A stretch of 64,000 nt of DNA. It comes from Lactimicrobium sp. (GTDB taxonomy: Bacteria; Bacillota_I; Bacilli_A; Erysipelotrichales; Erysipelotrichaceae). A model generated the notes under the pieces. It saw nothing but the letters and a program-made list of their open reading frames with translations. It was not told where the DNA came from and did no database searches. Numbering within the stretch: position 1 is the first letter of the stretch; every line of letters begins with the position of its first letter. The stretch lies in assembly GCF_036453445.1 (NCBI RefSeq), contig NZ_JAZHUX010000001.1; one strand, given 5' to 3'. Position numbers and translations under genes: made by a program. Positions 41,639-51,491 of the stretch are shown one piece after another.

Positions 41639-42472
41639 TTACTGAATCAGATCGCAGTCCTGATAGCTGCCGCCAAGAGCTGATGCCTGATTGGCTACAT
41701 TGAGAATATCAGAAATGATGGCGCCATCCTCCACAAAGAAACGCTTGGAGGCCTGCACGCTGCCATCCTCCTGATGCGTGCATGTATACCCTGCATCATT
41801 GAGAATTCCCTCAAAGCGCAGCAATGAATGCAGATCTGCAAACTTCACATGATGCACCGCACAAACAAGTGTATCTTCCGGGAACTGTGCATTATATGCA
41901 TCATTGCGGCCCAGAATCTCCTTGATGAAGGCAGGCTTAAGATACGGATACAGATCCGCCACTTCCTTTACCTCATCACTGTAATCCTCATCCTCAGAAG
42001 GGGATTCTGCTTCTTCACCTTTATCATCCGCCGCAGATGTTTCCTCTGCATCCTCACCATCACTGATGGGAATCTCATGAGGACCTTCCTCCTCATTCAC
42101 CTGTGGCGCTGCTGCTTTTTTTTCCTCAGATTCCTCTTCTTTCTCAGGCTCTTCCTTTACATCTTCCTCATGATGATCCGCGGAATCAAACTTGTGGATT
42201 TCCACATCGTCATCCTCATCCTCTTCCTCATCATTATCATCCATCTTTACGCCATCAAGATGGGCAGAACCCTTGTTTTCCTCACTGTCATCCCTGATCT
42301 CGACAAAGTGAATTTCATCGTCGTCATCATTGACGCCTGCATTTTCTTCTTCGTCTTCATCCTGATCGTCTTCGTCATCATCCTGCCGGCGGTCACGAAG
42401 CTCTTTCACTACGAGCACTGCTGCAGCAGCCGCTGCCACAACAAGTGCACCAAGTACTGTTTTCTGGAACAT
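41639..42472 (-). CDS. Membrane-anchored, highly acidic protein with a C-terminal RraB-like domain
   Basis: N-terminal TM helix; about 150-aa D/E-rich linker; HHVKFAD...AGY...VANQASALGGSYQD. Confidence 0.65.
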   Translation of the reverse strand: MFQKTVLGALVVAAAAAAVLVVKELRDRRQDDDEDDQDEDEEENAGVNDDDDEIHFVEIRDDSEENKGSAHLDGVKMDDNDEEEDEDDDVEIHKFDSADHHEEDVKEEPEKEEESEEKKAAAPQVNEEEGPHEIPISDGEDAEETSAADDKGEEAESPSEDEDYSDEVKEVADLYPYLKPAFIKEILGRNDAYNAQFPEDTLVCAVHHVKFADLHSLLRFEGILNDAGYTCTHQEDGSVQASKRFFVEDGAIISDILNVANQASALGGSYQDCDLIQ

Positions 42473-42511
42473 AACCCTGTCATTTCCTTTCGCTGCCTTT
42501 ATTTTAGCACA

Positions 42512-43495
42512 TCAGGCATGTTTGCAAACATACTCCATGATTTCCACCGCATTGGCAGCCGCACCCTTGCGGATCTGATCCCCGCAGCACCACAAAGCAA
42601 TGCCATTATCATTCACCAGATCACGCCGCAGACGGCCCACATACACCTTATCCTGATTGCTCGTCATTAAAGGCGTCGGAACAGTATCATCATACACATC
42701 CCCGTCAAATGCCGAAATCGCTTTCTTCACTTCATTCAAGTCCAGCTTATCCTCAAACACAGCACACACCGAAATTGCATGGCTGCGGAACACCGGCACC
42801 CGCACACATGTACAGGTCACTTTCAGATCCGGCAAATGCATGATCTTTCTGCCCTCATTGAGCATCTTCATCTCTTCGGTTGTATAGCCATTGTCCGTCA
42901 TGGATCCAATATCTGCAATGCAGTTATACGCAATCTGGGCCGGGAACACATGCGGAGTAATTTCCCTGCCCTGGCGGACATCCTCTACTTCTGTAGACAG
43001 CTCGGCAATGCCCTTCATACCAGCACCGCTGACTGCCTGATACGTTGAAGCCGTCAAAGATACAAGCTTAGACAGACGGGCAATCGGTGCCACCGCCATA
43101 TACGTAATAATCGTCGAACAGTTCGGATTGGCAATCGTTCCATGATGTTTCAAAGCATCCTCGCCATTGATCTCCGGGACAACAAGCGGCACATCCTTCT
43201 CCAGGCGGAATGCACTGGAATTATCGATATAGACAGCACCAGCCTTTTCAATCAGCGGGCGGAACTGCTTCGACAGATCATTGGAAACCGCACCAAGCAC
43301 AAAGTCCAGGCCGTCAAAACAGCCAGGTTTCACCTCATCCACCATCAGCTGATCATTCTGATATGGAATCAGAGTTCCAACAGAACGCTCTGACGCAAAC
43401 AGCCGGATCTCATCGCAGTCAATCTTTCTTTCTGCCAGACAGTCCAGCATCTGTCTGCCAACCGCACCCGTAGCGCCAACAATTCCAACTTTCAT
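42512..43495 (-). CDS. asd: Aspartate-semialdehyde dehydrogenase
   Basis: GATGAVG, IDNSSAFR, ANPNCST, TYQAVSGAG, RKGAA. Confidence 0.97.
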   Translation of the reverse strand: MKVGIVGATGAVGRQMLDCLAERKIDCDEIRLFASERSVGTLIPYQNDQLMVDEVKPGCFDGLDFVLGAVSNDLSKQFRPLIEKAGAVYIDNSSAFRLEKDVPLVVPEINGEDALKHHGTIANPNCSTIITYMAVAPIARLSKLVSLTASTYQAVSGAGMKGIAELSTEVEDVRQGREITPHVFPAQIAYNCIADIGSMTDNGYTTEEMKMLNEGRKIMHLPDLKVTCTCVRVPVFRSHAISVCAVFEDKLDLNEVKKAISAFDGDVYDDTVPTPLMTSNQDKVYVGRLRRDLVNDNGIALWCCGDQIRKGAAANAVEIMEYVCKHA

Positions 43496-44829
43496 TTGTT
43501 TTTCTCCTCGGAAATAAACTTATCATAGATCGCATGAATGGCTTTTTCAAAGTCACTGTCATTGACACCAACCACAATGGTCAGCTCATCACAGCTCTGT
43601 GAAATCGTCCGGATATTGATGGCATGATTGCCAAACTCCGATAAAAGCGCACCAGACATACCCGGCCGATTGCGCATCTCTCTGCCAACCACAGCAATCT
43701 GAGACAGATGATCCTCAATACGCAGATCATCCGGATGCAGCGTATTCTTGATCTCACCAACAATCTCATACAGATTCTGATCCACGGCACGGCTCTGCAC
43801 AATCACCGAGAATGTATCCACGGTCACCGGCACGGATTCCACCGACACATTGTACTTTTCAAAGGCATCCAGCAGTTTGCGCAGAAAGCCGACTTCCGTA
43901 GAACTGTGGGCCTTGATTACATTGATGGACGTAAACCCCTTGCGGCCGGTAATGCCGGTAATCACATGCGGCGGCTCCAGAGCATCCATCTCACTGCAGT
44001 CCTCCATGATCATCGTACCAGGATTGGACGGATCATTCGTATTGCGGATATTGATCGGAATATTCTTCTGTCTGACCGGGAACACAGCATCATCATGCAG
44101 AACATTGGCACCCATGTAGCTCATTTCCCGCAGCTCATTATAGGTAATACGCGGAATGCGCAGCGGATGATCAATGATACGCGGATCTGCCACCAGAAAG
44201 CCCGACACATCCGTCCAGTTCTCATACACATCCGCATCCACCAGGTTGGCAATCACAGCACCGGTAATATCCGATCCACCCCGGGTCATGACCTTGATCG
44301 CACCATTGGGCATTGCCCCATAAAAGCCCGGAATCACAATCCGGTCCGCACCAGCCGCGGCCTTCTCCAGCTTCTCACCCGTCACTGCCATATCAATCGA
44401 GCCATCATAGCGGAAACTCATCACATCCGCCGCATCCACAAACGCAGCCCCAAGATACTCTGCCAGCAGTCTGCCAGTCAGATACTCACCGCGTGATACA
44501 AGATAATCCGTTGATACATTGGCATCAATCAGCTTCCGGATCAAAGCAAACTCATGATCCAGATCCGTTGTCAAGCCAAGATCTTTCCTGATCTTTTCAT
44601 ACTTGTCCTGCACCGCCTGAAACAAAGAATCATATGACACATGATAGCGGACATGGGCCTCAATCAGATAGAGCAGATCCGTCACCTTATGATCATCACT
44701 GGATTCCTTGCCACACGCACTTGTCACAATAAACTTGCGGCCAGCATCTGCCTCAACAATCTTCTTCACCTTGGCAAACTGCACCGCATTGGCAACCGAA
44801 GATCCCCCGAACTTGGCAACCTTGATCAT
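43492..44829 (-). CDS. lysC: Aspartate kinase
   Basis: KFGGSS, SRGE, TRGGSD, WTDVSG..ADPR; two C-terminal ACT domains. Confidence 0.93.
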   Translation of the reverse strand: MIKVAKFGGSSVANAVQFAKVKKIVEADAGRKFIVTSACGKESSDDHKVTDLLYLIEAHVRYHVSYDSLFQAVQDKYEKIRKDLGLTTDLDHEFALIRKLIDANVSTDYLVSRGEYLTGRLLAEYLGAAFVDAADVMSFRYDGSIDMAVTGEKLEKAAAGADRIVIPGFYGAMPNGAIKVMTRGGSDITGAVIANLVDADVYENWTDVSGFLVADPRIIDHPLRIPRITYNELREMSYMGANVLHDDAVFPVRQKNIPINIRNTNDPSNPGTMIMEDCSEMDALEPPHVITGITGRKGFTSINVIKAHSSTEVGFLRKLLDAFEKYNVSVESVPVTVDTFSVIVQSRAVDQNLYEIVGEIKNTLHPDDLRIEDHLSQIAVVGREMRNRPGMSGALLSEFGNHAINIRTISQSCDELTIVVGVNDSDFEKAIHAIYDKFISEEKNK

Positions 44830-45971
44830 AGAATCACCCCCGCAAACAGCTTCTCATCCCCAGACTTTCTGACTCTTGCACAAAGATCCATCAAAGATAT
44901 TTCCCGGGTGATCAAAGCATCCCCGGCATCTTCCTGCTTCACATCCTCAAACACAGATGCATTTTCCGTGCGCACATAATAACGTCCCATCACACTGCTT
45001 TGATCCATCACTGCATCCGGCATCACTGCCGTACTGGCACATCGTCCCTCATACAGATCCAGAAGATCCTGCACCACCGCATGGGCTGTTGGCAGACTGC
45101 CGGCACCCGGTGCCGCAAAGGCAGACGTGCCAAGTGTTTGTGAATGTGCTACGAGCACATTGTCATTGGCACTGATCGATGCATACAGGCTGTCTGCTTT
45201 GACAAAAGCAGGCATCACCCATGCTGATACCGCATGATTGTGATTCTCACCCGTTCCAAGCAGCCGGATTGTTAAGCCATGTGACTTTGCCCAGGCAAAA
45301 TCACATGCCTGAATATGACGGATGCCGAAAGTCTCTACAGAAGAAACCGGCATATACACGCCAAATGCCTGCATGCAGGAAAGCACAACTTTATTAGCCG
45401 CATCCACACCGTCAATATCATCACTTGGATCACGCTCAGCATAGCCAAGCTTCTGTGCCTCTTTCAGCACATTCTGAAAGTCTGCGCCGCCCTTTTCCAT
45501 GCGCGAAAGAATGTAATTTGTTGTCCCATTGAAGATTCCCTGAAAGGAAGATACCGGTTCAATGCGCGCAATCCGTTTCAGATTCGCCATCCAGGGAATC
45601 CCGCCGCCGCAGGCTGCTTCGTCCAGAAGACAGACATGATGTTCACTGGCCAGTGCATACAGCCGGGCTGCCTTTTCCGCGAGCATCCTCTTATTAGAAG
45701 TCACAACTGACTTTCCGCCTGCCAATGCCTTTTCCACAAAAGAACCAGCCGGCTCAATACCGCCCATGCATTCCACAACCACATCAATATCCGGATCATC
45801 CAGCACATCATCCGCACATTCCGTAAAGCGCGCATCCATGCCTTCACCAATCTCTTTCACCAGGATTCTGGTCAGCTGCAGATCACTGCCTGCCTCCGTC
45901 TTTCCCTCATCCAGAATCTTCTTTACACCGCTGCCAACAACACCACAGCCAAGCATGCCAACTTTCATCAT
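44826..45971 (-). CDS. hom: Homoserine dehydrogenase
   Basis: GCGVVG, VTSNK, EAACGGGIP, GIFNGTTNYIL, GYAERDPSDDIDGVD, GAGSLPTA. Confidence 0.95.
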   Translation of the reverse strand: MMKVGMLGCGVVGSGVKKILDEGKTEAGSDLQLTRILVKEIGEGMDARFTECADDVLDDPDIDVVVECMGGIEPAGSFVEKALAGGKSVVTSNKRMLAEKAARLYALASEHHVCLLDEAACGGGIPWMANLKRIARIEPVSSFQGIFNGTTNYILSRMEKGGADFQNVLKEAQKLGYAERDPSDDIDGVDAANKVVLSCMQAFGVYMPVSSVETFGIRHIQACDFAWAKSHGLTIRLLGTGENHNHAVSAWVMPAFVKADSLYASISANDNVLVAHSQTLGTSAFAAPGAGSLPTAHAVVQDLLDLYEGRCASTAVMPDAVMDQSSVMGRYYVRTENASVFEDVKQEDAGDALITREISLMDLCARVRKSGDEKLFAGVIL

Positions 45972-45992
45972 GAACCCCTTGTCTTTATTTCA

Positions 45993-46047
45993 GATACACT
46001 TGTTTTTATAACGAGGACAGTGTATCATTGCACCGAAGTCAATGCAA
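45993..46047. promoter_or_regulatory. Overlapping divergent promoters of hom and thrC, with an 8-bp inverted repeat
   Basis: hom (minus): TTGCAT-17-TACACT with extended -10. thrC (plus): TTGTTT-17-TATCAT. Inverted repeat GATACACT-N18-AGTGTATC. Confidence 0.65.
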
Positions 46048-46060
46048 GGAGAATATCACG

Positions 46061-47548
46061 ATGAAATATGTCAGCACCCGAAACAAGAACGTCACTGTCA
46101 GTGCCCATCAGGCCATTCTCAAAGGCCTGGCAGCAGATGGCGGCCTGTATACACCTAAAGATCTGAATGTTCATTTCAAACCGGAACAGTTTCTGCACAA
46201 AAGCTATCAGGAAACAGCCGCAATGATCCTTTCCGCCTTTCTGGATGACTATACAGAAGAAGAAATCAAAGCAGCTGTCCAGAAGGCATATGATGACAAA
46301 TTCGATGACAAAGACATCGCACCGGTGCGTTCTCTTTCCTACACAAACCTGCTGGAGCTGTACCATGGCCCGACCAGTGCCTTCAAAGATCTGGCTTTGA
46401 CCATTCTGCCAACATTACTGACAGATGCCATCCGAAAAGAAAACTGCCAGGATACCATCTGTATCCTGACTGCTACCAGCGGTGATACCGGCAAGGCAGC
46501 CCTGGCCGGCTTCAAGGATGTACCAGGCACCGCCATCACCGTCTTTTATCCTGAAATCGGCGTTTCTGCCATTCAGAAACGGCAGATGCAGACATCTCAG
46601 GGAAACAATGTCAACGTCATCGCCGTCAAAGGAAACTTCGATGACTGCCAGCGCATGGTCAAGCAGGCATCATCCAGCAAAGATATCAATGCATGCAAAG
46701 GTGTTTCTCTTTCCAGTGCCAATTCCATCAACCTTGGCAGACTCCTGCCGCAGATTGTCTACTACTGCACCGCCTATGCCAGACTTGTCGAACATAACAA
46801 AATCAACTGCGGTGAAGAAATCAACGTATCTGTTCCTACCGGAAACTTCGGTGATATCCTGGCAGGCTGGCTGGCCAAAGCCATCGGTCTGCCGATTCAC
46901 AAACTCATCTGCACTTCCAACACAAACAACGTCCTGTATGACTTTCTGAAAACCGGCACCTATGACAGCAGAAGGTCCTTCCATAACACCATGTCGCCAG
47001 CCATGGACATCCTTGTCTCCAGCAATCTGGAACGCCTTCTTTTCCTGAAATCAGGTGAAGATGATCAGCTTGTAAAGCAACTGATGACAGATCTGCAAAG
47101 CAAAGGATCCTACACTGTACCAAAGGAACTTCTTGCCAGTATTCAGCAGTACATGACAGGTGAATGGACGAATGAAGAAGACTGTGCAAAGACAATCCGC
47201 AATACCTGGGAGCAGGAACATGTCCTGATTGATCCCCACACCGCCGTTGCCCTGCATGGCTTGCAGCAGTACAAAAAGGAAACACAAGACAACAGGCCTT
47301 CCCTGGTTCTTTCCACTGCCTCTGCCTACAAGTTTTCCCATGATGTATACAAAGCCATCACAGGAAAAGAGGAAGAGGATGATTTCAAGGCCATGAAAGA
47401 TCTCAATGCATTGACCCATTGCACAATCCCGGCAAACCTTGCCAATCTGGAAAGCATGCCGATCCGCTTCCACACTGTCATTGAGAAAGAAGACGGCATG
47501 AACACCATCAAACACATCATGGAGGAACTCTCTGATGCCCATCATTAA
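46061..47548 (+). CDS. thrC: Threonine synthase
   Basis: MKYVSTR, GLAADGGLY, ELYHGPTSAFKD (PLP Lys), ATSGDTG, NSIN.GR, VPTGNFG; SD AAGGAG. Confidence 0.97.
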   Translation: MKYVSTRNKNVTVSAHQAILKGLAADGGLYTPKDLNVHFKPEQFLHKSYQETAAMILSAFLDDYTEEEIKAAVQKAYDDKFDDKDIAPVRSLSYTNLLELYHGPTSAFKDLALTILPTLLTDAIRKENCQDTICILTATSGDTGKAALAGFKDVPGTAITVFYPEIGVSAIQKRQMQTSQGNNVNVIAVKGNFDDCQRMVKQASSSKDINACKGVSLSSANSINLGRLLPQIVYYCTAYARLVEHNKINCGEEINVSVPTGNFGDILAGWLAKAIGLPIHKLICTSNTNNVLYDFLKTGTYDSRRSFHNTMSPAMDILVSSNLERLLFLKSGEDDQLVKQLMTDLQSKGSYTVPKELLASIQQYMTGEWTNEEDCAKTIRNTWEQEHVLIDPHTAVALHGLQQYKKETQDNRPSLVLSTASAYKFSHDVYKAITGKEEEDDFKAMKDLNALTHCTIPANLANLESMPIRFHTVIEKEDGMNTIKHIMEELSDAHH

Positions 47549-48404
47549 AGTACCGGCAACCTCCGCCAACCTCGGTCCCGGTTTTGACTGCCTTGGCATT
47601 GCCCTGGATCTCTATGACACCTTCACCGTAAAACAAGCAGATGATCAAGACATCCTGCACAACGTGGAAGAAAAGTACTGCACACCTGACAATCTGTTTC
47701 TCAAAGCCTATCACAATGGTGCAGAAAAGCTTGGTTACAGCGATTATATCGAAGCAGAATTCGCCTGTGATATCCCGATTTCAAGAGGACTTGGCTCTTC
47801 TGCTGCCATGATCATCGGCGGCCTGCTGGCAGTCAATGCAATCCATGACAAACAGCTGACAAAAGATGAAATCTTCCAGCTTGCCTGTGACATGGAAGGC
47901 CATCCTGATAACGCTGCCCCGGCATTATATGGCGGCCTTTGTGCAGCTATGCATGGCAGCATCTGGCTGAAAGAAAGCCTGCCAGTCAGTGATACCTTCA
48001 CCTTCACCGCACTGGTGCCAGACTTTGCCGTTGAAACAAAAAAGGCAAGAGCCATCCTGCCTGACAGCTATCCCAGAAAGGAAGCTGCAGCCAATATCGG
48101 CCATGCCATCTTTCTGACCAAAGCACTGGAAACAGGAAATCTCGATCTTCTGAAACAGGCCGCCAAAGATTATCTGCATGAACCTTACCGCAGTCAGCTG
48201 ATCACCGATTTTGGCAGCATCAAAGACATCAGTGAAAAGGATACAAACGGCCATCTGTTCATCTCCGGCTCCGGCTCCACCTGCCTGCTCATTGCAAAAC
48301 AACTGTTATCCCCCGAAGCAGAAAAAGCAATCAAGGCACGCACCAATCCAAAGTGGACCATTCATCATCTTCATTGTGACAAACAGGGAGGCAGAATCCT
48401 GTGA
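47535..48404 (+). CDS. thrB: Homoserine kinase
   Basis: VPATSANLGPGFD, PISRGLGSSAA, EGHPDN, SGSGST. Confidence 0.97.
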   Translation: MPIIKVPATSANLGPGFDCLGIALDLYDTFTVKQADDQDILHNVEEKYCTPDNLFLKAYHNGAEKLGYSDYIEAEFACDIPISRGLGSSAAMIIGGLLAVNAIHDKQLTKDEIFQLACDMEGHPDNAAPALYGGLCAAMHGSIWLKESLPVSDTFTFTALVPDFAVETKKARAILPDSYPRKEAAANIGHAIFLTKALETGNLDLLKQAAKDYLHEPYRSQLITDFGSIKDISEKDTNGHLFISGSGSTCLLIAKQLLSPEAEKAIKARTNPKWTIHHLHCDKQGGRIL

Positions 48405-48838
48405 GCTCCAACTTCCTGATCGTACACAAAAAGATCCTGCCGGACTATCTGGAAAAGGTCATCGAGGCAAGGAATATGCTGGAAGCCAAAGAAGCCGCCA
48501 CCGTCACCGAAGCCGTACAGAAAGCCGGTATCAGCCGCAACACCTACTATAAGTACAAAGACTATGTCTTTCCCTATGACGATACCAGGCAGACAAGACG
48601 GGCCGTCATCTCATTGATCGTCAAAGATGAAAGCGGCGCCCTCTCTGCTATTCTCACCTTTCTTTCTGCCCACTCCATCTCCATTCTGACCATCTCGCAG
48701 GCCGTCCCGATTGCCCAGAAAGCAAATGTCCTGCTCTCACTGGACATCTCCCACACCTCAACCTCCATGGAATCCCTCATCCAGCAGATCAGACAGCTGC
48801 CATCGGTACGCAGTGCCCACCTGGATGCCATGGAATAA
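48401..48838 (+). CDS. thrR: HTH-ACT regulator (UPF0735; B. subtilis PheB/ThrR-like)
   Basis: ILPDYLEKVIEARNML...AVQKAGISRNTYYKYKDYVF followed by an ACT domain; located in the thr operon. Confidence 0.8.
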   Translation: MSSNFLIVHKKILPDYLEKVIEARNMLEAKEAATVTEAVQKAGISRNTYYKYKDYVFPYDDTRQTRRAVISLIVKDESGALSAILTFLSAHSISILTISQAVPIAQKANVLLSLDISHTSTSMESLIQQIRQLPSVRSAHLDAME

Positions 48839-48848
48839 CACCACATGG

Positions 48849-48879
48849 AAGAAGTGAACATCACTCACTTCTTTTTTTT
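48849..48879 (+). terminator. Terminator of thrC-thrB-thrR
   Basis: AAGAAGTGA-ACATCAC-TCACTTCTT followed by T-tract. Confidence 0.8.
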
Positions 48880-48907
48880 CGGCAGTTTCTCAATACAATT
48901 ACATTTC

Positions 48908-48934
48908 TGCTATAAAGATGACAAACCTGTCATC
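48908..48934 (+). promoter_or_regulatory. Extended -10 (TGcTATAAA) and adjacent 7-4-7 palindrome, esterase operon
   Basis: GATGACA-AACC-TGTCATC at 48917-48934. Confidence 0.55.
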
Positions 48935-48988
48935 ACATATCATTGCCTGCATGCTATATCAACACATGAGAAACAGGAGAATCAGACA

Positions 48989-49756
48989 ATGAAGAAAAAA
49001 ACAGGAAAAGATGTTTTCTATGCTGCAGCAGCCTGCCTTGCCGCAGCATCTCTGACAAGTCTTGCCATCACCGGCAGAACCATCGGCTGGGGACCTTTTT
49101 CCTTTTTGCACACATGGGATCAGGACGTGGCAGAGATTCAGAAAAGCCATCCGGTGAAAGACCATCAGCACGGCATCATTTTCTATGGTGCTTCCAATTT
49201 CCGCCTGTGGACACAGATGGAAGATGACCTGTCAGCCTACCATGTGCAGAATCACGGCTTTGGCGGCTGCACAGACCATGATCTTGTTCACTATGCAGAC
49301 AAGCTGCTGTACCCGTATCACCCTGACATCATCTTTTTCCAGACAGGCTCCAATGACTATGTCAGCCTGAAAGGAACAGATCAGGAAAAAGTAAATGCAT
49401 GCATGGATTACAAGAAGAAGATGTTTGAAGACGTTCACACAAAGCTTCCAAACACAAAGCTGGTCATCATGAGCGGCTTGCTGCTGCCAGGACGCAGCCA
49501 GTACCGGAAGATGACACAGGACATTAACAGGCAGCTGAAAGAGCTCTGTGAAAACACAGAGTATCTGACCTTTGTGGATGCTGAAAAGATGACATGGGAT
49601 GGTCACAGCTATCACAAAAAACTTTTCCGCAAGGACGGCATCCATCTCAACCACACTGGTGAGCTTCTCTGGATGAAAGACTATATCCAGCCACAAATCG
49701 AACAGCTGATCAGCACATGTCATCTGGATGAAGTACGGAGGGAGAGTGCAAAATGA
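48989..49756 (+). CDS. SGNH/GDSL hydrolase with N-terminal signal or anchor
   Basis: YGASNF (block I), HGFGG, GSND (block III), DGIH (block V); SD AGGAGA. Confidence 0.88.
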   Translation: MKKKTGKDVFYAAAACLAAASLTSLAITGRTIGWGPFSFLHTWDQDVAEIQKSHPVKDHQHGIIFYGASNFRLWTQMEDDLSAYHVQNHGFGGCTDHDLVHYADKLLYPYHPDIIFFQTGSNDYVSLKGTDQEKVNACMDYKKKMFEDVHTKLPNTKLVIMSGLLLPGRSQYRKMTQDINRQLKELCENTEYLTFVDAEKMTWDGHSYHKKLFRKDGIHLNHTGELLWMKDYIQPQIEQLISTCHLDEVRRESAK

Positions 49757-50652
49757 CATGCCTGTTTGGTCATGCAACAAATCTTGTTTTCCGGTGCATG
49801 CCTCAGGACAAACCAGGACAGCCGCATGATTACATTACCGAAAGAAAGCGCAATGACCGCAAGCCACCAAGACCGCCAAAAGATGTTACAGTCCGGATCA
49901 GCACACTGGATGGTCTGTATGCCGAATTCATAGAAAAACCAGGAAACGAAAAAGGAACCATCTTTTACATCCATGGCGGCGGCTTTACGGTTGGCTCCGC
50001 CAGAGAGCGCCGCGGCATCTGTCAATACATCGCTGCAAACTATGGTTATAACTGTGTCAATTCCAATTACCGTCTGGCCCCGGAAAACCTCTGGCCATCG
50101 CCCTTGGAAGACTGTTATAAAGCCTATACAGCCCTGTTAAAAACAGGCATTGATCCCAAAAGCATCGTCTTTATGGGCGAAAGTGCCGGCGGCACCCTGG
50201 TGCTGTCATTATCTCTTCTGCTCAAAGAAAAAGGACTGCCCCAGCCAAAGGCACTCACCGCATTCTCGCCGGTTGTCACCCAGGCAGATCAGTTTCCTTC
50301 CTATACAGCAAATGCCAGAACAGACTACATGCTGAGGAATTCTGTCAAAGAAGGAAAAAGCAAGGTTGTATACGGCTCTCATGCCAATGACATAAGCTAT
50401 CTGCGTGATCCATTGATCTCACCATTGTATGGCAATTACACGAACCTGCCGCCGGTGATCCTTTCTGCCTCTGATACAGAAGTATTGCTGGATGATTCCA
50501 AAGCTCTATATCAGAAACTGCAGAAAGAAAAACATCCCGCCGCACTGGATATCCGCCATGGTGTCTGCCATGCCTTTCAGGTATTCACACGTATGCCCGA
50601 GGCAAGAGCAGCACTGGCATGGACATTTGCAAAAATGGAGGAGCTGTCATGA
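49753..50652 (+). CDS. HSL-family alpha/beta hydrolase (esterase)
   Basis: HGGGF, NYRLAPE, GESAGG, EVLLDD, HAFQ. Confidence 0.9.
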   Translation: MTCLFGHATNLVFRCMPQDKPGQPHDYITERKRNDRKPPRPPKDVTVRISTLDGLYAEFIEKPGNEKGTIFYIHGGGFTVGSARERRGICQYIAANYGYNCVNSNYRLAPENLWPSPLEDCYKAYTALLKTGIDPKSIVFMGESAGGTLVLSLSLLLKEKGLPQPKALTAFSPVVTQADQFPSYTANARTDYMLRNSVKEGKSKVVYGSHANDISYLRDPLISPLYGNYTNLPPVILSASDTEVLLDDSKALYQKLQKEKHPAALDIRHGVCHAFQVFTRMPEARAALAWTFAKMEELS

Positions 50653-51491
50653 AGACATGGATCAAACGCACTCTGATCATCACAAGCACTGCCGCTGCCG
50701 CAGTCTCTGCTTTTACCGCTGTATCACTGATTCACTATGTCGGCATTCCCCAATCCGTCTCAAACAAGAAGACCAGTTACACCATCAAAACGCAGCGGGT
50801 GGACTACGATGACATCAGCCTCTATGGAAAAATACTGATTCCAGAAGGTAAAGGTCGTTTCCCAACTGTCATCTATGCCCATGGTGCCGAAAGTGATTAC
50901 AAGGCGGATATGACAACCTTGAAAAGCCTGGCTGAAAGCGGCATTGCCTGCTATACCTTTGACTTCTATGGCTGGACGAAAAGAAGCACTGGTCCTGAAG
51001 ACACCCATTGGTTCCATGATATACCAAGAGGTGTAGATGATTCCTATCAGAAGAAAGTACTGCAGCAGGTGGAAGATCTCAATGCAGTCATTGATACTGT
51101 CAAAACCTGGAATTTCGTTGATACAAGCCACTTGTATCTGCTTGGCAGCTCCATGGGCGGTGCCACCGCTTCTGCAGCCGCCATCACTCACAGCACCGAT
51201 GTCCATGGCATCATCCTGCAGTATCCTGCCATCAATCTCAATCCCGATGCACTGAAAACTGGTGCACCCCTGGATGTCAATGGTTATACAGGTCCGGTTC
51301 TCATCCTGCAGGGCACAAAGGACAAGATTGTTCCTCTGGAAATGGCCAGATCACTGACAGATCATTATAACATCAAAAAAGCAAATCACGCAAAGCTCAT
51401 CATATACAAGGGACAGCCCCATGTCTTTACAGGAAAGTACAAGGTCAAAGCCGCAAAAGACATCTATGCATTCATGCAGGAGAACAGCTGA
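50649..51491 (+). CDS. Alpha/beta hydrolase (esterase) with N-terminal TM or signal
   Basis: HG, YTFDF, GSSMGG, QGTKDKIV, QPHVF; ATGA overlap. Confidence 0.88.
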   Translation: MKTWIKRTLIITSTAAAAVSAFTAVSLIHYVGIPQSVSNKKTSYTIKTQRVDYDDISLYGKILIPEGKGRFPTVIYAHGAESDYKADMTTLKSLAESGIACYTFDFYGWTKRSTGPEDTHWFHDIPRGVDDSYQKKVLQQVEDLNAVIDTVKTWNFVDTSHLYLLGSSMGGATASAAAITHSTDVHGIILQYPAINLNPDALKTGAPLDVNGYTGPVLILQGTKDKIVPLEMARSLTDHYNIKKANHAKLIIYKGQPHVFTGKYKVKAAKDIYAFMQENS

